Part shown: positions 1 to 9,384 of the stretch, in pieces
Layout: each line of letters begins with the position of its first letter
Position numbering within the stretch: position 1 is the first letter of the stretch
Assembly (NCBI RefSeq): GCF_021054785.1
Contig: NZ_CP088239.1
Location: 390,001 to 422,000, forward strand
From: Tannockella kyphosi
GTDB lineage: Bacteria > Bacillota_I > Bacilli_A > Erysipelotrichales > Coprobacillaceae
DNA length: 32,000 bases
Direction of reading: 5' to 3'
Program-made: the position numbers and the translations under genes
The notes under the pieces: model-generated
The model's input: only the letters and a program-made list of their open reading frames with translations
Told to the model about the DNA's origin: nothing
Database searches by the model: none

Positions 1-576
1 TATTGTTTTGAAATAAAACAAGTTTTATTGTTACCATTTGGAGCATTTATACAATTAGATGATTTTGGTTTTCATCGCATAGAAGAAGAATTGTTAGTCG
101 TATTGGGTGGTTTATGTATGCATGCTTTTCTATTTCTTGTTCCAAATAATGAATTTCAGTATTTACAACAAACAGTATTATTTTTTAATATATTACCAAT
201 TTATCCATTAGATGGATCAAAAATATTATTATTACTATTTTCTTATGTAATGGACTTTCAAAAGGCTATATTACTACAAATATATATATCCTTATTTTGT
301 TTAAGTGTGTTTATTGTTTGGTATTATGAGACATCTTATTTTATTATTTATATATACTTGATTTATCACATTTCTAAGTATTATCTTACTTATCCGCTTT
401 ATATAAAAAAACTAATTTTACAAAGAATAAATATATTACCTTTTCTAAAAGAAAGGGTTGTCTTAGACACTAATTTTTATCGTGCCTACCATAATGTATA
501 TCATAATAAAAATCATTTAATTAGTGAAATAAATTATACTTCCGTGTTGTTAAATAGACATTCGAAGCAAAAATAG
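1..576 (+). CDS. M50 family site-2 metalloprotease (SpoIVFB-like), C-terminal part; the 5' end lies upstream of the window
   Basis: Frame 1 is open from base 1 (YCFEIKQVLLLPFG...), so the TTG at 28 in the ORF track is not the true start. NILPIYPLDGSK matches the NxxPxxxLDG motif of M50 intramembrane metalloproteases. The rest is strongly hydrophobic. The gene sits directly upstream of rplU-prp-rpmA, where spoIVFB lies in B. subtilis. Confidence 0.65.
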   Translation, partial: YCFEIKQVLLLPFGAFIQLDDFGFHRIEEELLVVLGGLCMHAFLFLVPNNEFQYLQQTVLFFNILPIYPLDGSKILLLLFSYVMDFQKAILLQIYISLFCLSVFIVWYYETSYFIIYIYLIYHISKYYLTYPLYIKKLILQRINILPFLKERVVLDTNFYRAYHNVYHNKNHLISEINYTSVLLNRHSKQK

Positions 577-603
577 ACCGCTTAATAATAAATTAAAAAG
601 TTA

Positions 604-632
604 TTGACATTCACTATTATTAATGATAACAT
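604..632 (+). promoter_or_regulatory. Sigma-A type promoter for rplU-prp-rpmA
   Basis: TTGACA at 604-609, a 17-nt spacer, and TGaTAACAT (extended -10; hexamer TAACAT at 627-632). Confidence 0.6.
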
Positions 633-730
633 AGCTATGTTGTAGACCTCTAGACTACAACCGCACATAAAAGGTATTAAAGCAATGCTGCCTTGGTTGG
701 CGAGTCTTAGAATATTATAGGAGGTGCGAT
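633..730 (+). promoter_or_regulatory. Probable ribosomal protein L21 leader (cis-regulatory 5' UTR)
   Basis: About 95 nt of untranslated leader lies between the predicted -10 and the rplU ATG. It has a 5'-proximal hairpin, GTTGTAG...CTACAAC (639-661). Position and length match the Firmicute L21-leader element upstream of rplU. No covariance model could be run. Confidence 0.45.
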
Positions 731-1039
731 ATGTACGCAATTATCGAAACAGGTGGAAAACAATTAAAAGTAGAAGCTGGAGACGCTATCTTTGTAGAAA
801 AGTTAGAAGTTGAAGCAGGAGAAAAAGTAATTTTTGATAAAGTTTTATTAGTTGGAGATACAACTACTAAAATTGGTGCTCCTTATGTTGCAGGTGCAAC
901 AGTAGAAGCTACTGTTGAAAAACAAGGTAAAGAGAAAAAAGTTACTATCTACAAATATAATGCAAAAAAACATTATCATAAAAAACAAGGTCATAGACAA
1001 CCTTACACTAAATTAGTTATCGACGCTATTAACGGGTAA
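731..1039 (+). CDS. rplU: 50S ribosomal protein L21
   Basis: [18 protein letters not shown]... is a canonical L21 N-terminus. The product is 102 aa. AGGAGGTG lies 5 nt upstream of the ATG. Confidence 0.97.
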   Translation: MYAIIETGGKQLKVEAGDAIFVEKLEVEAGEKVIFDKVLLVGDTTTKIGAPYVAGATVEATVEKQGKEKKVTIYKYNAKKHYHKKQGHRQPYTKLVIDAING

Positions 1040-1049
1040 TTAATTTATT

Positions 1050-1367
1050 ATGATTGATGTAATCATCAAAAAAACAAATAAGAACATTTCTGAAATCACG
1101 ATTAGTGGTCATGCAAATAGTAGTGAATACGGTACAGATTTAATTTGTGCAGGTGTTTCTGCAATTAGTGTGGGGATACTAAATAGCTTAGTGGCAAATG
1201 ATTTTTTAAATCAAGGTATTTTAGAAATGAAAGAAGGATATATATCTATTGTTGTAAATAGTGTTGATCAAACTTGTCAAGTGATACTAGAGACTCTTGA
1301 AATTAGTTTAGATACAATACTTGAAGGCAATCAGAAATTTATTTCAATAAATAAAATGGAGGTGTAA
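1050..1367 (+). CDS. prp: Ribosomal-processing cysteine protease Prp (YsxB family)
   Basis: 105 aa, located between rplU and rpmA. It contains the His...Cys dyad context ISGHANS...GTDLICAGVSA typical of Prp. Confidence 0.9.
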   Translation: MIDVIIKKTNKNISEITISGHANSSEYGTDLICAGVSAISVGILNSLVANDFLNQGILEMKEGYISIVVNSVDQTCQVILETLEISLDTILEGNQKFISINKMEV

Positions 1368-1370
1368 CAT

Positions 1371-1658
1371 ATGATGTTCAAATTAGACTTACAATTATTC
1401 GCTTCTAAAAAAGGTGTAGGATCTACTAAAAATGGTCGTGATTCTCACTCTAAAAGATTAGGAGCTAAATTAGCAGATGGGCAATTCTGTCTTGCAGGTT
1501 CTATTATTTATAGACAAAGAGGAACTAAAATTCATCCGGGTACAAATGTACAAAAAGGTGGAGATGATACTTTATTCGCTACAGTTGATGGGATTGTAAA
1601 ATTCGAAAGATTAGGTAGAGATCGTAAAAAAGTTTCAGTTTATCCAAAAGCTGCATAA
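1371..1658 (+). CDS. rpmA: 50S ribosomal protein L27 with N-terminal propeptide
   Basis: [25 protein letters not shown]... shows the Firmicute L27 pro-sequence followed by the conserved ASKKG mature N-terminus. GGAGGTG lies 9 nt upstream of the ATG. Confidence 0.97.
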   Translation: MMFKLDLQLFASKKGVGSTKNGRDSHSKRLGAKLADGQFCLAGSIIYRQRGTKIHPGTNVQKGGDDTLFATVDGIVKFERLGRDRKKVSVYPKAA

Positions 1659-1660
1659 TG

Positions 1661-1688
1661 AAAATCCCTCTTTAGGGATTTTTTTATT
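1661..1688 (+). terminator. Intrinsic terminator or attenuator after rpmA
   Basis: Hairpin AAAATCCCT-CTTT-AGGGATTTT followed by a T-run. obg follows 23 nt later with no recognisable promoter, so some read-through is likely. Confidence 0.65.
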
Positions 1689-1710
1689 CGAATAGAAACG
1701 AGGTGAAATA

Positions 1711-2994
1711 ATGAAATTTATAGATAAAGCAAAAATCTACGTAGAAGCTGGTAAAGGTGGAGATGGTGTTGTTGCTTTCCGTCGTGAAGCTCACGTACCT
1801 AAAGGAGGACCTGCAGGTGGTGATGGTGGTCGTGGAGGAAGTGTTATTTTTGAAGCAACGAATTCTTTAACTACTTTATTAGATTTACGTTATAATCGTG
1901 AATACCGTGCTGCTTCAGGGCAAAATGGTATGCCAAAAAGATGTCACGGAAGTGATGCTCAAGATCGTATTATTAAAGTACCTGTTGGTACAATTATTAA
2001 AAGAGAAGATAATGGTAAAATATTAGCTGATTTAACTAGTGATAAACAACAAGCTATTATCGCTAAATCAGGTCGTGGAGGACGTGGTAATGCCCGTTTT
2101 GCGACTTCTAGAAATCCGGCTCCAATGATTTGTGAACGTGGAGAACCTGGAGAAAAATTTGATGTTATTTGTGAGTTAAAATTACTTGCAGATGTTGGTT
2201 TAGTAGGATTTCCTTCTGTAGGAAAGTCAACTTTATTATCAGTGGTTTCTCGTGCAAAACCTGAAATCGCAGATTATCATTTTACTACGATTGTCCCTAA
2301 TTTAGGTGTTGTTCAAGCAAAAGACGGACGTTCTTTTGTAATGGCAGACTTACCAGGGTTAATTGAAGGTGCTAGTCAAGGAAAAGGGCTAGGACATCAG
2401 TTCTTACGTCATATTGAACGTTGTCGTGTTATCGTGCATGTTATTGATATGGGTAGTGTTGATGGTCGTGATCCTTACCAAGATTATTTAACAATTAATT
2501 CTGAATTAGAACAATATCAGTATCGTTTATTAGAACGTCCACAAATTATTGTGGCTAATAAAATGGATGAAGAATGTGCCAAAGAGAATCTACGTATTTT
2601 CCGTGAAAAAGTTGGAGAAGATGTAACGGTATTCCCAGTTACTACTTTAATTCATGAAGGATTGGATGCAGTATTATATGCGGTTGCTGATTCATTAGAT
2701 ACAGCACAATCATTTGAACAAGTGGATGATAGTGAAAATACTGTTTTATATACAATGGAAGATCAAGATGAGAAACCATTTGAAATTCATAATGAAGGTA
2801 ATGGAATGTGGAATATTACTGGAGCTAAGATTGAACGTTTAATCTCAATGACTTCTTTAGTTAGTGATGATAGTGTGAAACGTTTGGCTATTAAAATGCG
2901 TAATATGGGTATCGATGATGCTTTACGTATTGCCGGAGCTCAAGATGGTGATAGTGTACGTATTTTAGAATTTGAATTTGAATTTATGGATTAG
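1711..2994 (+). CDS. obg: GTPase Obg/CgtA
   Basis: [19 protein letters not shown]... is a glycine-rich Obg fold. G1 motif GFPSVGKST and G3 motif DLPGLIEGA are present, plus a C-terminal OCT-like domain. 427 aa. Confidence 0.97.
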   Translation: MKFIDKAKIYVEAGKGGDGVVAFRREAHVPKGGPAGGDGGRGGSVIFEATNSLTTLLDLRYNREYRAASGQNGMPKRCHGSDAQDRIIKVPVGTIIKREDNGKILADLTSDKQQAIIAKSGRGGRGNARFATSRNPAPMICERGEPGEKFDVICELKLLADVGLVGFPSVGKSTLLSVVSRAKPEIADYHFTTIVPNLGVVQAKDGRSFVMADLPGLIEGASQGKGLGHQFLRHIERCRVIVHVIDMGSVDGRDPYQDYLTINSELEQYQYRLLERPQIIVANKMDEECAKENLRIFREKVGEDVTVFPVTTLIHEGLDAVLYAVADSLDTAQSFEQVDDSENTVLYTMEDQDEKPFEIHNEGNGMWNITGAKIERLISMTSLVSDDSVKRLAIKMRNMGIDDALRIAGAQDGDSVRILEFEFEFMD

Positions 2995-3001
2995 TTTAGA
3001 A

Positions 3002-3029
3002 AATCAGGATGAAAGTCTTGATTTTTTTT
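3002..3029 (+). terminator. Intrinsic terminator after obg
   Basis: AATCAGGA-TGAAAG-TCTTGATT hairpin (one G-U pair) followed by T8. Confidence 0.7.
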
Positions 3030-3134
3030 ATTTTAAGGATAAATTATGCTATAATTGAAAAAGAATTGAGACAACTTTGAAATGAAAAGAGTGCATATTT
3101 CTTGTATAATAGAAATATGGATAGGAGTATAGAT

Positions 3135-3701
3135 ATGTATAGTTATATTAAAGGGATTATAATAGATGTTCAAAAAGATCATATTGTATTAGAAAATCAA
3201 GGGATAGGTTATCATATTCTTGTTAGTAATCCTTATGATTTTAAAAAAGAACAAGAAACTATTGTTTATGTTTATTTACAAGTAAAAGAAGATGCTCATA
3301 CCTTCTTTGGTTTTGCAACCAAAGATCAAAAAGAGTTGTTTTTAAAATTAATACTAGTAAAAGGGATTGGGTGTAAAACAGCGATAGGAATGTTAGCGAT
3401 AGGAAATACACAAGATATAATTGTAGCTATTGAATCAAAAAATATTGCTTTTTTAAAGAAGATACCTGGTATTGGACCGAAAGCAGCACAACAAATAATC
3501 TTAGATTTACATGGTAAATTCCCGGTAATGGTTGCTAGTACGTTTGCAATTAGTAATGAATCTTTTGAAGAAGCAAAAGAAGTATTATTAGCGTTAGGTT
3601 ATCGTGCTAATGAAGTGGATAAAGTGATGGGAACTTTGCATAATGAAGCATTGGATACAAATGGATATGTAAAAAAAGCATTAAGTTTATTAGTGAAATA
3701 A
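3135..3701 (+). CDS. ruvA: Holliday junction DNA helicase subunit RuvA
   Basis: The start is re-called to the ATG at 3135 (MYSYIKG..., the typical RuvA N-terminus), with AGGAG 7 nt upstream. The ORF-track start at 3102 is a TTG with no RBS. The HhH motif IPGIGPKAAQQI is present. Confidence 0.9.
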   Translation: MYSYIKGIIIDVQKDHIVLENQGIGYHILVSNPYDFKKEQETIVYVYLQVKEDAHTFFGFATKDQKELFLKLILVKGIGCKTAIGMLAIGNTQDIIVAIESKNIAFLKKIPGIGPKAAQQIILDLHGKFPVMVASTFAISNESFEEAKEVLLALGYRANEVDKVMGTLHNEALDTNGYVKKALSLLVK

Positions 3702-3710
3702 GGGGGATTT

Positions 3711-4700
3711 ATGAATAGAGAAGAATTATTAGATGCAACAATAGAAGATGATGAAAGCTCTTTACGTCCTCAAAGCTTTGATGAATATATTGGGCAAACT
3801 AGCTTAAAAGATAACTTACGAGTTTTTGTAGGAGCAGCAAAAATCCGTGACGAAGCATTGGATCATGTTTTACTGTATGGACCACCAGGGCTTGGAAAAA
3901 CAACGATGTCAATGATTATTGCTAATGAGTTGGGTTCTAATATTAAAATAACAACAGGGCCTAGTATTGAAAAAACAGGTGATTTAGTTGCAATACTAAC
4001 TGCTTTAGAACCAGGAGATGTTTTATTTATTGATGAGATTCATCGATTAAATAAAGTGGTGGAAGAAATTTTATATCCAGCAATGGAAGATTTTTGTGTT
4101 GATGTTATTATTGGTAAAGAAGCAACTACTAGATCCGTACGTATTGACTTACCGCCCTTTACATTAGTAGGAGCAACAACAAGAGCTGGGGATTTATCAG
4201 CACCACTAAGAGATCGTTTTGGAATTCTATCAAAATTAGATTATTATACAGAAGATGAGTTGACACAAATCATTGATCGTACTAGCAATGTTTATAAAGT
4301 GCCAATGCAAGGGGATGCGACACATTCATTAGCTATTCGTAGTCGTGGAACACCACGTATTGCCAATAGATTATTCCGTAGAGTGCGTGATTTTGCACAG
4401 TTCTATGGAGAAGAAACAATATCAAATGAACGTACAGTAGAAGCATTGGATCGTTTAAAAGTAGATAATTTAGGGTTAGATGATGTGGATCATAAATACT
4501 TATTAGGAATTATTCAACGTTTTAAAGGAGGACCAGTTGGCTTAGAAGCAATAGCTGCATCAATTGGAGAAGAACCACAAACATTAGAAGATGTATATGA
4601 ACCTTATTTGTTACAAATTGGTTTAATTAAAAGGACACCAAGAGGGCGTGTGGTAACATCTTTGGCTTATCAACATTTTCAAATTTTAGAGGACGAATAG
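3711..4700 (+). CDS. ruvB: Holliday junction DNA helicase RuvB
   Basis: Walker [10 protein letters not shown], Walker B LFIDEIH, and sensor [10 protein letters not shown] are present. 329 aa. Confidence 0.97.
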   Translation: MNREELLDATIEDDESSLRPQSFDEYIGQTSLKDNLRVFVGAAKIRDEALDHVLLYGPPGLGKTTMSMIIANELGSNIKITTGPSIEKTGDLVAILTALEPGDVLFIDEIHRLNKVVEEILYPAMEDFCVDVIIGKEATTRSVRIDLPPFTLVGATTRAGDLSAPLRDRFGILSKLDYYTEDELTQIIDRTSNVYKVPMQGDATHSLAIRSRGTPRIANRLFRRVRDFAQFYGEETISNERTVEALDRLKVDNLGLDDVDHKYLLGIIQRFKGGPVGLEAIAASIGEEPQTLEDVYEPYLLQIGLIKRTPRGRVVTSLAYQHFQILEDE

Positions 4701-4724
4701 TTCTCTTTTTTTATGGAGGAAAAG

Positions 4725-5180
4725 ATGAAAAAATGGGAAATAGGATTATTAGTGTTTTTTATAGTTGTTTCTACTATATATAGTTTTACATTACCTGTTC
4801 AAACAACACAAACAGAAACAGATGAAATAGAATACGTGATTTATGTGGAAGGATTATTAGAAACTTCGATAACTTTTGATTATGTACCAACTTTACAAGA
4901 GTTATTTGATGCTTTGGAAATAGAGAATGAATATGGTTTTGATGTAACTCGTCAATTAGAAAATCAACAAGTAATTTATATACCTATTAGTCAAGGGATA
5001 TCATTAAATAATGCAAGTATGGAAGAATTAATGGAACTTAGTGGAGTGGGTGAAGTGACTGCAACTAAGATTATAGAGTATCGAGAAGCTACTCCTTTTG
5101 GGATTATAGAGGATATACAAAATGTGAGTGGTATTGGAGAAAAGACTTATCTTAATTTGAGGGAATATTTATGGCCTTAA
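4725..5180 (+). CDS. comEA: Competence protein ComEA (membrane-anchored DNA receptor with HhH motifs)
   Basis: N-terminal TM helix followed by C-terminal tandem helix-hairpin-helix motifs (LMELSGVGEVTATKII, IQNVSGIGEKTYLNL). The start is re-called to the ATG at 4725, with GGAGG 5 nt upstream. An alternative ATG at 4713 has no RBS. Confidence 0.8.
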   Translation: MKKWEIGLLVFFIVVSTIYSFTLPVQTTQTETDEIEYVIYVEGLLETSITFDYVPTLQELFDALEIENEYGFDVTRQLENQQVIYIPISQGISLNNASMEELMELSGVGEVTATKIIEYREATPFGIIEDIQNVSGIGEKTYLNLREYLWP

Positions 5181-7171
5181 AACATCAGTTACCTTATTAT
5201 TTTATTAGTATCCTATTAGCAGTAGTTTCTAAACATGTTCATATACTATTTGTTTTAGGGTATATACCCTTTTTTATTTTATTACATCATCGAATTACTA
5301 AAAAAGAAGGCATAAGTATTCTTGTTATCACAATCCTTTTTTTATTGACAGCACAGTACCCTAAGGAAATAAGTGATGAAGTTATTTATGGGCAAGTTGT
5401 AGATGTTGATGAAGATCAAATAGTTGTTAAGGTAGATGGGGCAAAAGTAGTGGTTTTTGGAGAGTTTGAGGATGTATGTCAAAAAGATTACATAGAACTA
5501 AAGGTAGAATACCAAGAGTTTACTCCAGTTGGAAATGATTCTGGGTTTGATTATCAACGATATTTATTAAGTAATGGTATTTGTCAGTATGCTTATTTAG
5601 TAGAAATAGAAGATTATCAACAAGTAAATAGTTTGTTTCGTATTTTAAAAGAACGTTTTAGTAGTGAAGAGTTAATTGATAGCTTTGCATCTTTGTTTTT
5701 ATTAGGGATTAAAGATACTCAAATGGAAGAATTATATACTCAAATGAGTGCATTATCTATTGTGTATTTATTCGCATTATCTGGTTTACATATTCAATAT
5801 TTAAAGAAATGGTTATACCAAATACTACAGTTTTTTATTAGCCCTAAATGGTTAGAAATAGTTATTTATGTTATTATTGGTTTTTATATTTATATTATTC
5901 CTTATAATATATCTTTTTTAAGAGCTTATTTAGTGATGGTTTTATATCGGTTGTTTAAAAAATATCTTAGTCAATTAGATATTCTAGCAATAGTAACTAT
6001 TTTTATGATTTATAGTAATCCTTATGTTATATTTCATTTATCTTTTTTGTTTTCTTATTTTATTTATTTTATTGTTTTAATAACAAGGAATTGTAAAATG
6101 AAGGGATTTTATATTTATCTTGCAAGTATTCCTATTATTATTTATATCCAATATATGATACCTAGTGTATCATTTTTATTAGGCTTTTTACTAACACCTA
6201 TTGTTAGTGTGCTGTATCAAGGATTGTTGTGGTATGCTTTGTTAGGTGGAATAGTCAAACCTTTCTTATTAATTATTTTATATTTCTTTGATAACTTATT
6301 TGTATTCTTTGATGCCATTAACTTTTATATCTGTTTTAGTGATCCACCATTATTATTTTATTTGAGTTATTATTTTTATTTTTTTCTAGCAATATTAAAA
6401 AGTAGTGTTGGCAAGAAGAATGGATTAGAAATAGGGAAAGTAATGGCAATTATAGTTGCATTTCATATTTATTCTAAATATTCTCTCTATACACAAGTAG
6501 TAATGATTGATGTGGGACAAGGAGATTGTTTTTTAATTCAAAATAGTTTTAATCAAGGTAATATTCTAATTGATACAGGGGGGTCTGTTTATTATGATGT
6601 GGCTACTAGTACAGTGATTCCTTATTTAAGAAGTATTGGAATATCTAGTTTAGATGCAGTATTTATTTCTCATGATGATTATGATCATAGTGGTGGATTA
6701 GAATCGTTAGAAGCTAATTTTGATGTAAAAGAAGTGATACGTGAAGATCAAGATATATCCTATACATATGGTGATGTTTTTATAGAATTGTTACAAATAC
6801 CAAGAGATAGTAGTGAAGGAAATGAATCATCCTTAATTATGTATGTAACAGTACAAGAGGATACTTATTTATTTGCTGGAGATATTGGTTATGAAATAGA
6901 AGAATTATTGATAGACTATTATCCTGATTTACAGGTAGATGTTTTGAAAGTAAGTCATCATGGTAGTAGTTCCTCTAGTAGTGATGCTTTTTTAGCATGG
7001 CTACAACCTAATGTAGCATTGATTAGTTGTGGGTTAGATAATTCTTATGGACATCCTTCCGATATTGTTTTAGAACGTTTTGAAAGTTTAGGGATACCTG
7101 TTTATCGAAGTGATTTAATGGGAATGGTGAGACTTGTTAGTTATGGAGAAGCTACCTTTATTTATCCATGA
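5171..7171 (+). CDS. comEC: DNA internalisation competence protein ComEC/Rec2 with C-terminal metallo-beta-lactamase domain
   Basis: Polytopic membrane core plus an MBL domain (VMIDVGQGDCFLI, SHDDYDHSGG, VSHHGS). It overlaps comEA by 10 nt. 666 aa. Confidence 0.9.
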   Translation: MALKHQLPYYFISILLAVVSKHVHILFVLGYIPFFILLHHRITKKEGISILVITILFLLTAQYPKEISDEVIYGQVVDVDEDQIVVKVDGAKVVVFGEFEDVCQKDYIELKVEYQEFTPVGNDSGFDYQRYLLSNGICQYAYLVEIEDYQQVNSLFRILKERFSSEELIDSFASLFLLGIKDTQMEELYTQMSALSIVYLFALSGLHIQYLKKWLYQILQFFISPKWLEIVIYVIIGFYIYIIPYNISFLRAYLVMVLYRLFKKYLSQLDILAIVTIFMIYSNPYVIFHLSFLFSYFIYFIVLITRNCKMKGFYIYLASIPIIIYIQYMIPSVSFLLGFLLTPIVSVLYQGLLWYALLGGIVKPFLLIILYFFDNLFVFFDAINFYICFSDPPLLFYLSYYFYFFLAILKSSVGKKNGLEIGKVMAIIVAFHIYSKYSLYTQVVMIDVGQGDCFLIQNSFNQGNILIDTGGSVYYDVATSTVIPYLRSIGISSLDAVFISHDDYDHSGGLESLEANFDVKEVIREDQDISYTYGDVFIELLQIPRDSSEGNESSLIMYVTVQEDTYLFAGDIGYEIEELLIDYYPDLQVDVLKVSHHGSSSSSSDAFLAWLQPNVALISCGLDNSYGHPSDIVLERFESLGIPVYRSDLMGMVRLVSYGEATFIYP

Positions 7172-7213
7172 CTTTTTTATAGAGATAGGGTATAATGAAG
7201 TGGGTGAAAAAAG

Positions 7214-8170
7214 ATGATCTGTGTAATTTATGGTAGTGAACGTATGCTGATGGATAAGAAGTTAGAAGCGTTAAAAAAAGAATATAACTGTAGTAATGAT
7301 AGAATGAATTTATCAGTATATTATGGTGAAAATAATAAGATGGCAGAAGTGTATGAGGATTTAATTACTGCTCCTTTTTTAGCAGATAAAAAAATGGTTG
7401 TTTATTATCGACCACTGTTTTTAACAGGGACAAAAGGGAAATATGAAGAAGAGGAAAAATACTTTTTAGATTATTTACCAGTAGATAATGAAGAAGTTAT
7501 TTTTGTTATTTTTAATGATCGTAGTGATTTTGATAACCGTAAGAAGTGTGTGAAACAATTAAAGAAGGTTGCTAATTACTATATTTATGAACATTTAGAT
7601 CATTATAAAGTCAAAGAATTTATTCGTACGAATATGAGAGATAGAAATGTAACGATTGAAGAAGATGCATTGGAGTTGTTTATGGAAAGAGTATCTAATG
7701 ATTTGTTGCATGCTTCTTTAGAAATGGAAAAAGTTTGTTTGTATGGTAATCATATTGATAAAGGAATAATTGATTTATTAATTAGTAAACCGATTGAAGA
7801 TGATGTTTTTCAACTAACAAGAGCTATTTTAGCAAAAGATTATCAAAGAATGTTTTCTATTTATAAAGATTTACAATCATTAAAAGAAGAACCAGTAAAA
7901 TTAATTGCTTTGGTAGCTAGTCAAATGAGATTGTTATATCAAGTTAAATTATTAGATAGAAAAGGTTATAATGACCAAGAAATTGGTAAAATGTTAGGAG
8001 TAAATCCTTATCGTTTAAAATATGTCCGTCAAGAAGGTAAAAATTTTACAATTCAAGAACTTCTAAAATGTTTAGATCAATTAGCTAATTTAGATGAAGG
8101 TATTAAAACAGGTAGAATGGATAAAGATATGGGCTTTGAATTGTTTATGTTAAAAATTAAAATAGTATAA
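7214..8170 (+). CDS. holA: DNA polymerase III delta subunit
   Basis: 318 aa, located immediately after comEC as in Bacillus (holA/yqeN). The N-terminus (VIYGSE...) and the C-terminal region (GVNPYRLKY...) look delta-like. No catalytic motif is expected in this family. Confidence 0.75.
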   Translation: MICVIYGSERMLMDKKLEALKKEYNCSNDRMNLSVYYGENNKMAEVYEDLITAPFLADKKMVVYYRPLFLTGTKGKYEEEEKYFLDYLPVDNEEVIFVIFNDRSDFDNRKKCVKQLKKVANYYIYEHLDHYKVKEFIRTNMRDRNVTIEEDALELFMERVSNDLLHASLEMEKVCLYGNHIDKGIIDLLISKPIEDDVFQLTRAILAKDYQRMFSIYKDLQSLKEEPVKLIALVASQMRLLYQVKLLDRKGYNDQEIGKMLGVNPYRLKYVRQEGKNFTIQELLKCLDQLANLDEGIKTGRMDKDMGFELFMLKIKIV

Positions 8171-8184
8171 AGAAGGGGTATAAT

Positions 8185-9384
8185 ATGGAATCTATAAAAG
8201 AATTACTAAAAATTGGAGTTGGTCCTTCTTCATCACATACATATGGACCAAAGCGTGCAGCCTTAAAAATAGCTTTCCTACATCCTAAAGCTATTCGTTA
8301 TGAAGTCTTTTTATATGGGTCGCTTTCTTTAACAGGGAAGGGGCATTTAACGGATGCGATTATAGAAGAAGTGTTAGGCAAAGAGAATGTAACTATTCAT
8401 TTTGAAGCTACTACATTAGAAAAACATGCAAATGGTATGAAGTTTGTTGTATATGAAGATAAAGAGGCTTTTGAATATGTTGTTTATTCGATAGGAGGAG
8501 GAACAATTTTATTTGATGGTCAACATGAGGAAACGATAATAAATACATATCCTCATCAAAACTTAGGAGAAGTAATCAAATATATGGAAGAAAATGCAAT
8601 GACATTTTATGATTATGTTTGCTTTTTTGAAGGAGAAGGAATAGAAGAATACTTATATCAAGTATTAGATTCTATGTTTCAAGGAGTAGAGGAAGGCTTA
8701 AAAGAAGTTGGTGAACTTCCGGGGAGTTTACGTTTAAAAAGAGTGGCACGTAGCTTGCATCAACAAGCAATGAATACCAGAAATCAAAGTGAAAGAGAAA
8801 GATTATTAATTAGTAGTTATGCCTATGCTGTTAGTGAGCAAAATGCTAGCGGGAATACCATTGTAACTGCTCCAACTTGTGGGGCTAGTGGTGTTTTACC
8901 AGCTATTTTATATTATTGTTACAAACAATTAGAAATTCCTGAGAGTGATTTAATCAAAGCATTGGCAGTTGCAGGAGTATTTGGAAATGTTATTAAAAAG
9001 AATGCTACTATTTCTGGTGCTCAAGGTGGTTGTCAAGCGGAGATTGGAAGTGCTTGTGCAATGGCTGCTGCTAGTTATGGTTGGATTTTGGAATTAAATA
9101 ATTCATTAATTGAATATGCTGCTGAAATGGGTTTGGAACATAATTTAGGACTTACTTGTGATCCAGTAGGAGGATATGTTCAAATTCCTTGTATTGAAAG
9201 AAATGGTTTTGCGGCCTTAAGAGCAATGGATGCAGCAATGTATGCCAAACAATTAGGGTATTTAAGAGAAAATAAAGTATCTTTTGATGCAGTGGTACGA
9301 GTGATGAATGAGACAGGAAAAGATTTAAATAGTGCCTATAAAGAAACTTCATTAGGTGGACTAGCAAAGGAGTTTGAATTGTAA
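8185..9384 (+). CDS. sdaA: L-serine ammonia-lyase (Fe-S dependent L-serine dehydratase), single-chain form
   Basis: By eye it is collinear with E. coli SdaA: IGVGPSSSHTYGP, YGSLSLTGKGH, VTAPTCGASGVLPA, ISGAQGGCQAEIGSA, EHNLGLTCDPVGGYVQIPCIERN, ETGKDLNSAYKETSLGGLA. Confidence 0.9.
   Translation: MESIKELLKIGVGPSSSHTYGPKRAALKIAFLHPKAIRYEVFLYGSLSLTGKGHLTDAIIEEVLGKENVTIHFEATTLEKHANGMKFVVYEDKEAFEYVVYSIGGGTILFDGQHEETIINTYPHQNLGEVIKYMEENAMTFYDYVCFFEGEGIEEYLYQVLDSMFQGVEEGLKEVGELPGSLRLKRVARSLHQQAMNTRNQSERERLLISSYAYAVSEQNASGNTIVTAPTCGASGVLPAILYYCYKQLEIPESDLIKALAVAGVFGNVIKKNATISGAQGGCQAEIGSACAMAAASYGWILELNNSLIEYAAEMGLEHNLGLTCDPVGGYVQIPCIERNGFAALRAMDAAMYAKQLGYLRENKVSFDAVVRVMNETGKDLNSAYKETSLGGLAKEFEL

Noticed and set aside
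3047-3110. Candidate promoters for ruvA (TGcTATAAT at 3047-3055; TATAAT at 3105-3110), holA (ATGACT-17-TATAAT, 7168-7196) and recG (TTGGTA-18-TGaTAATAT, 23983-24012)
   Set aside because: Only the -10 elements are convincing. The -35 elements or spacings are poor, and TATAAT-like hexamers are common in AT-rich DNA. I therefore did not list them as features.
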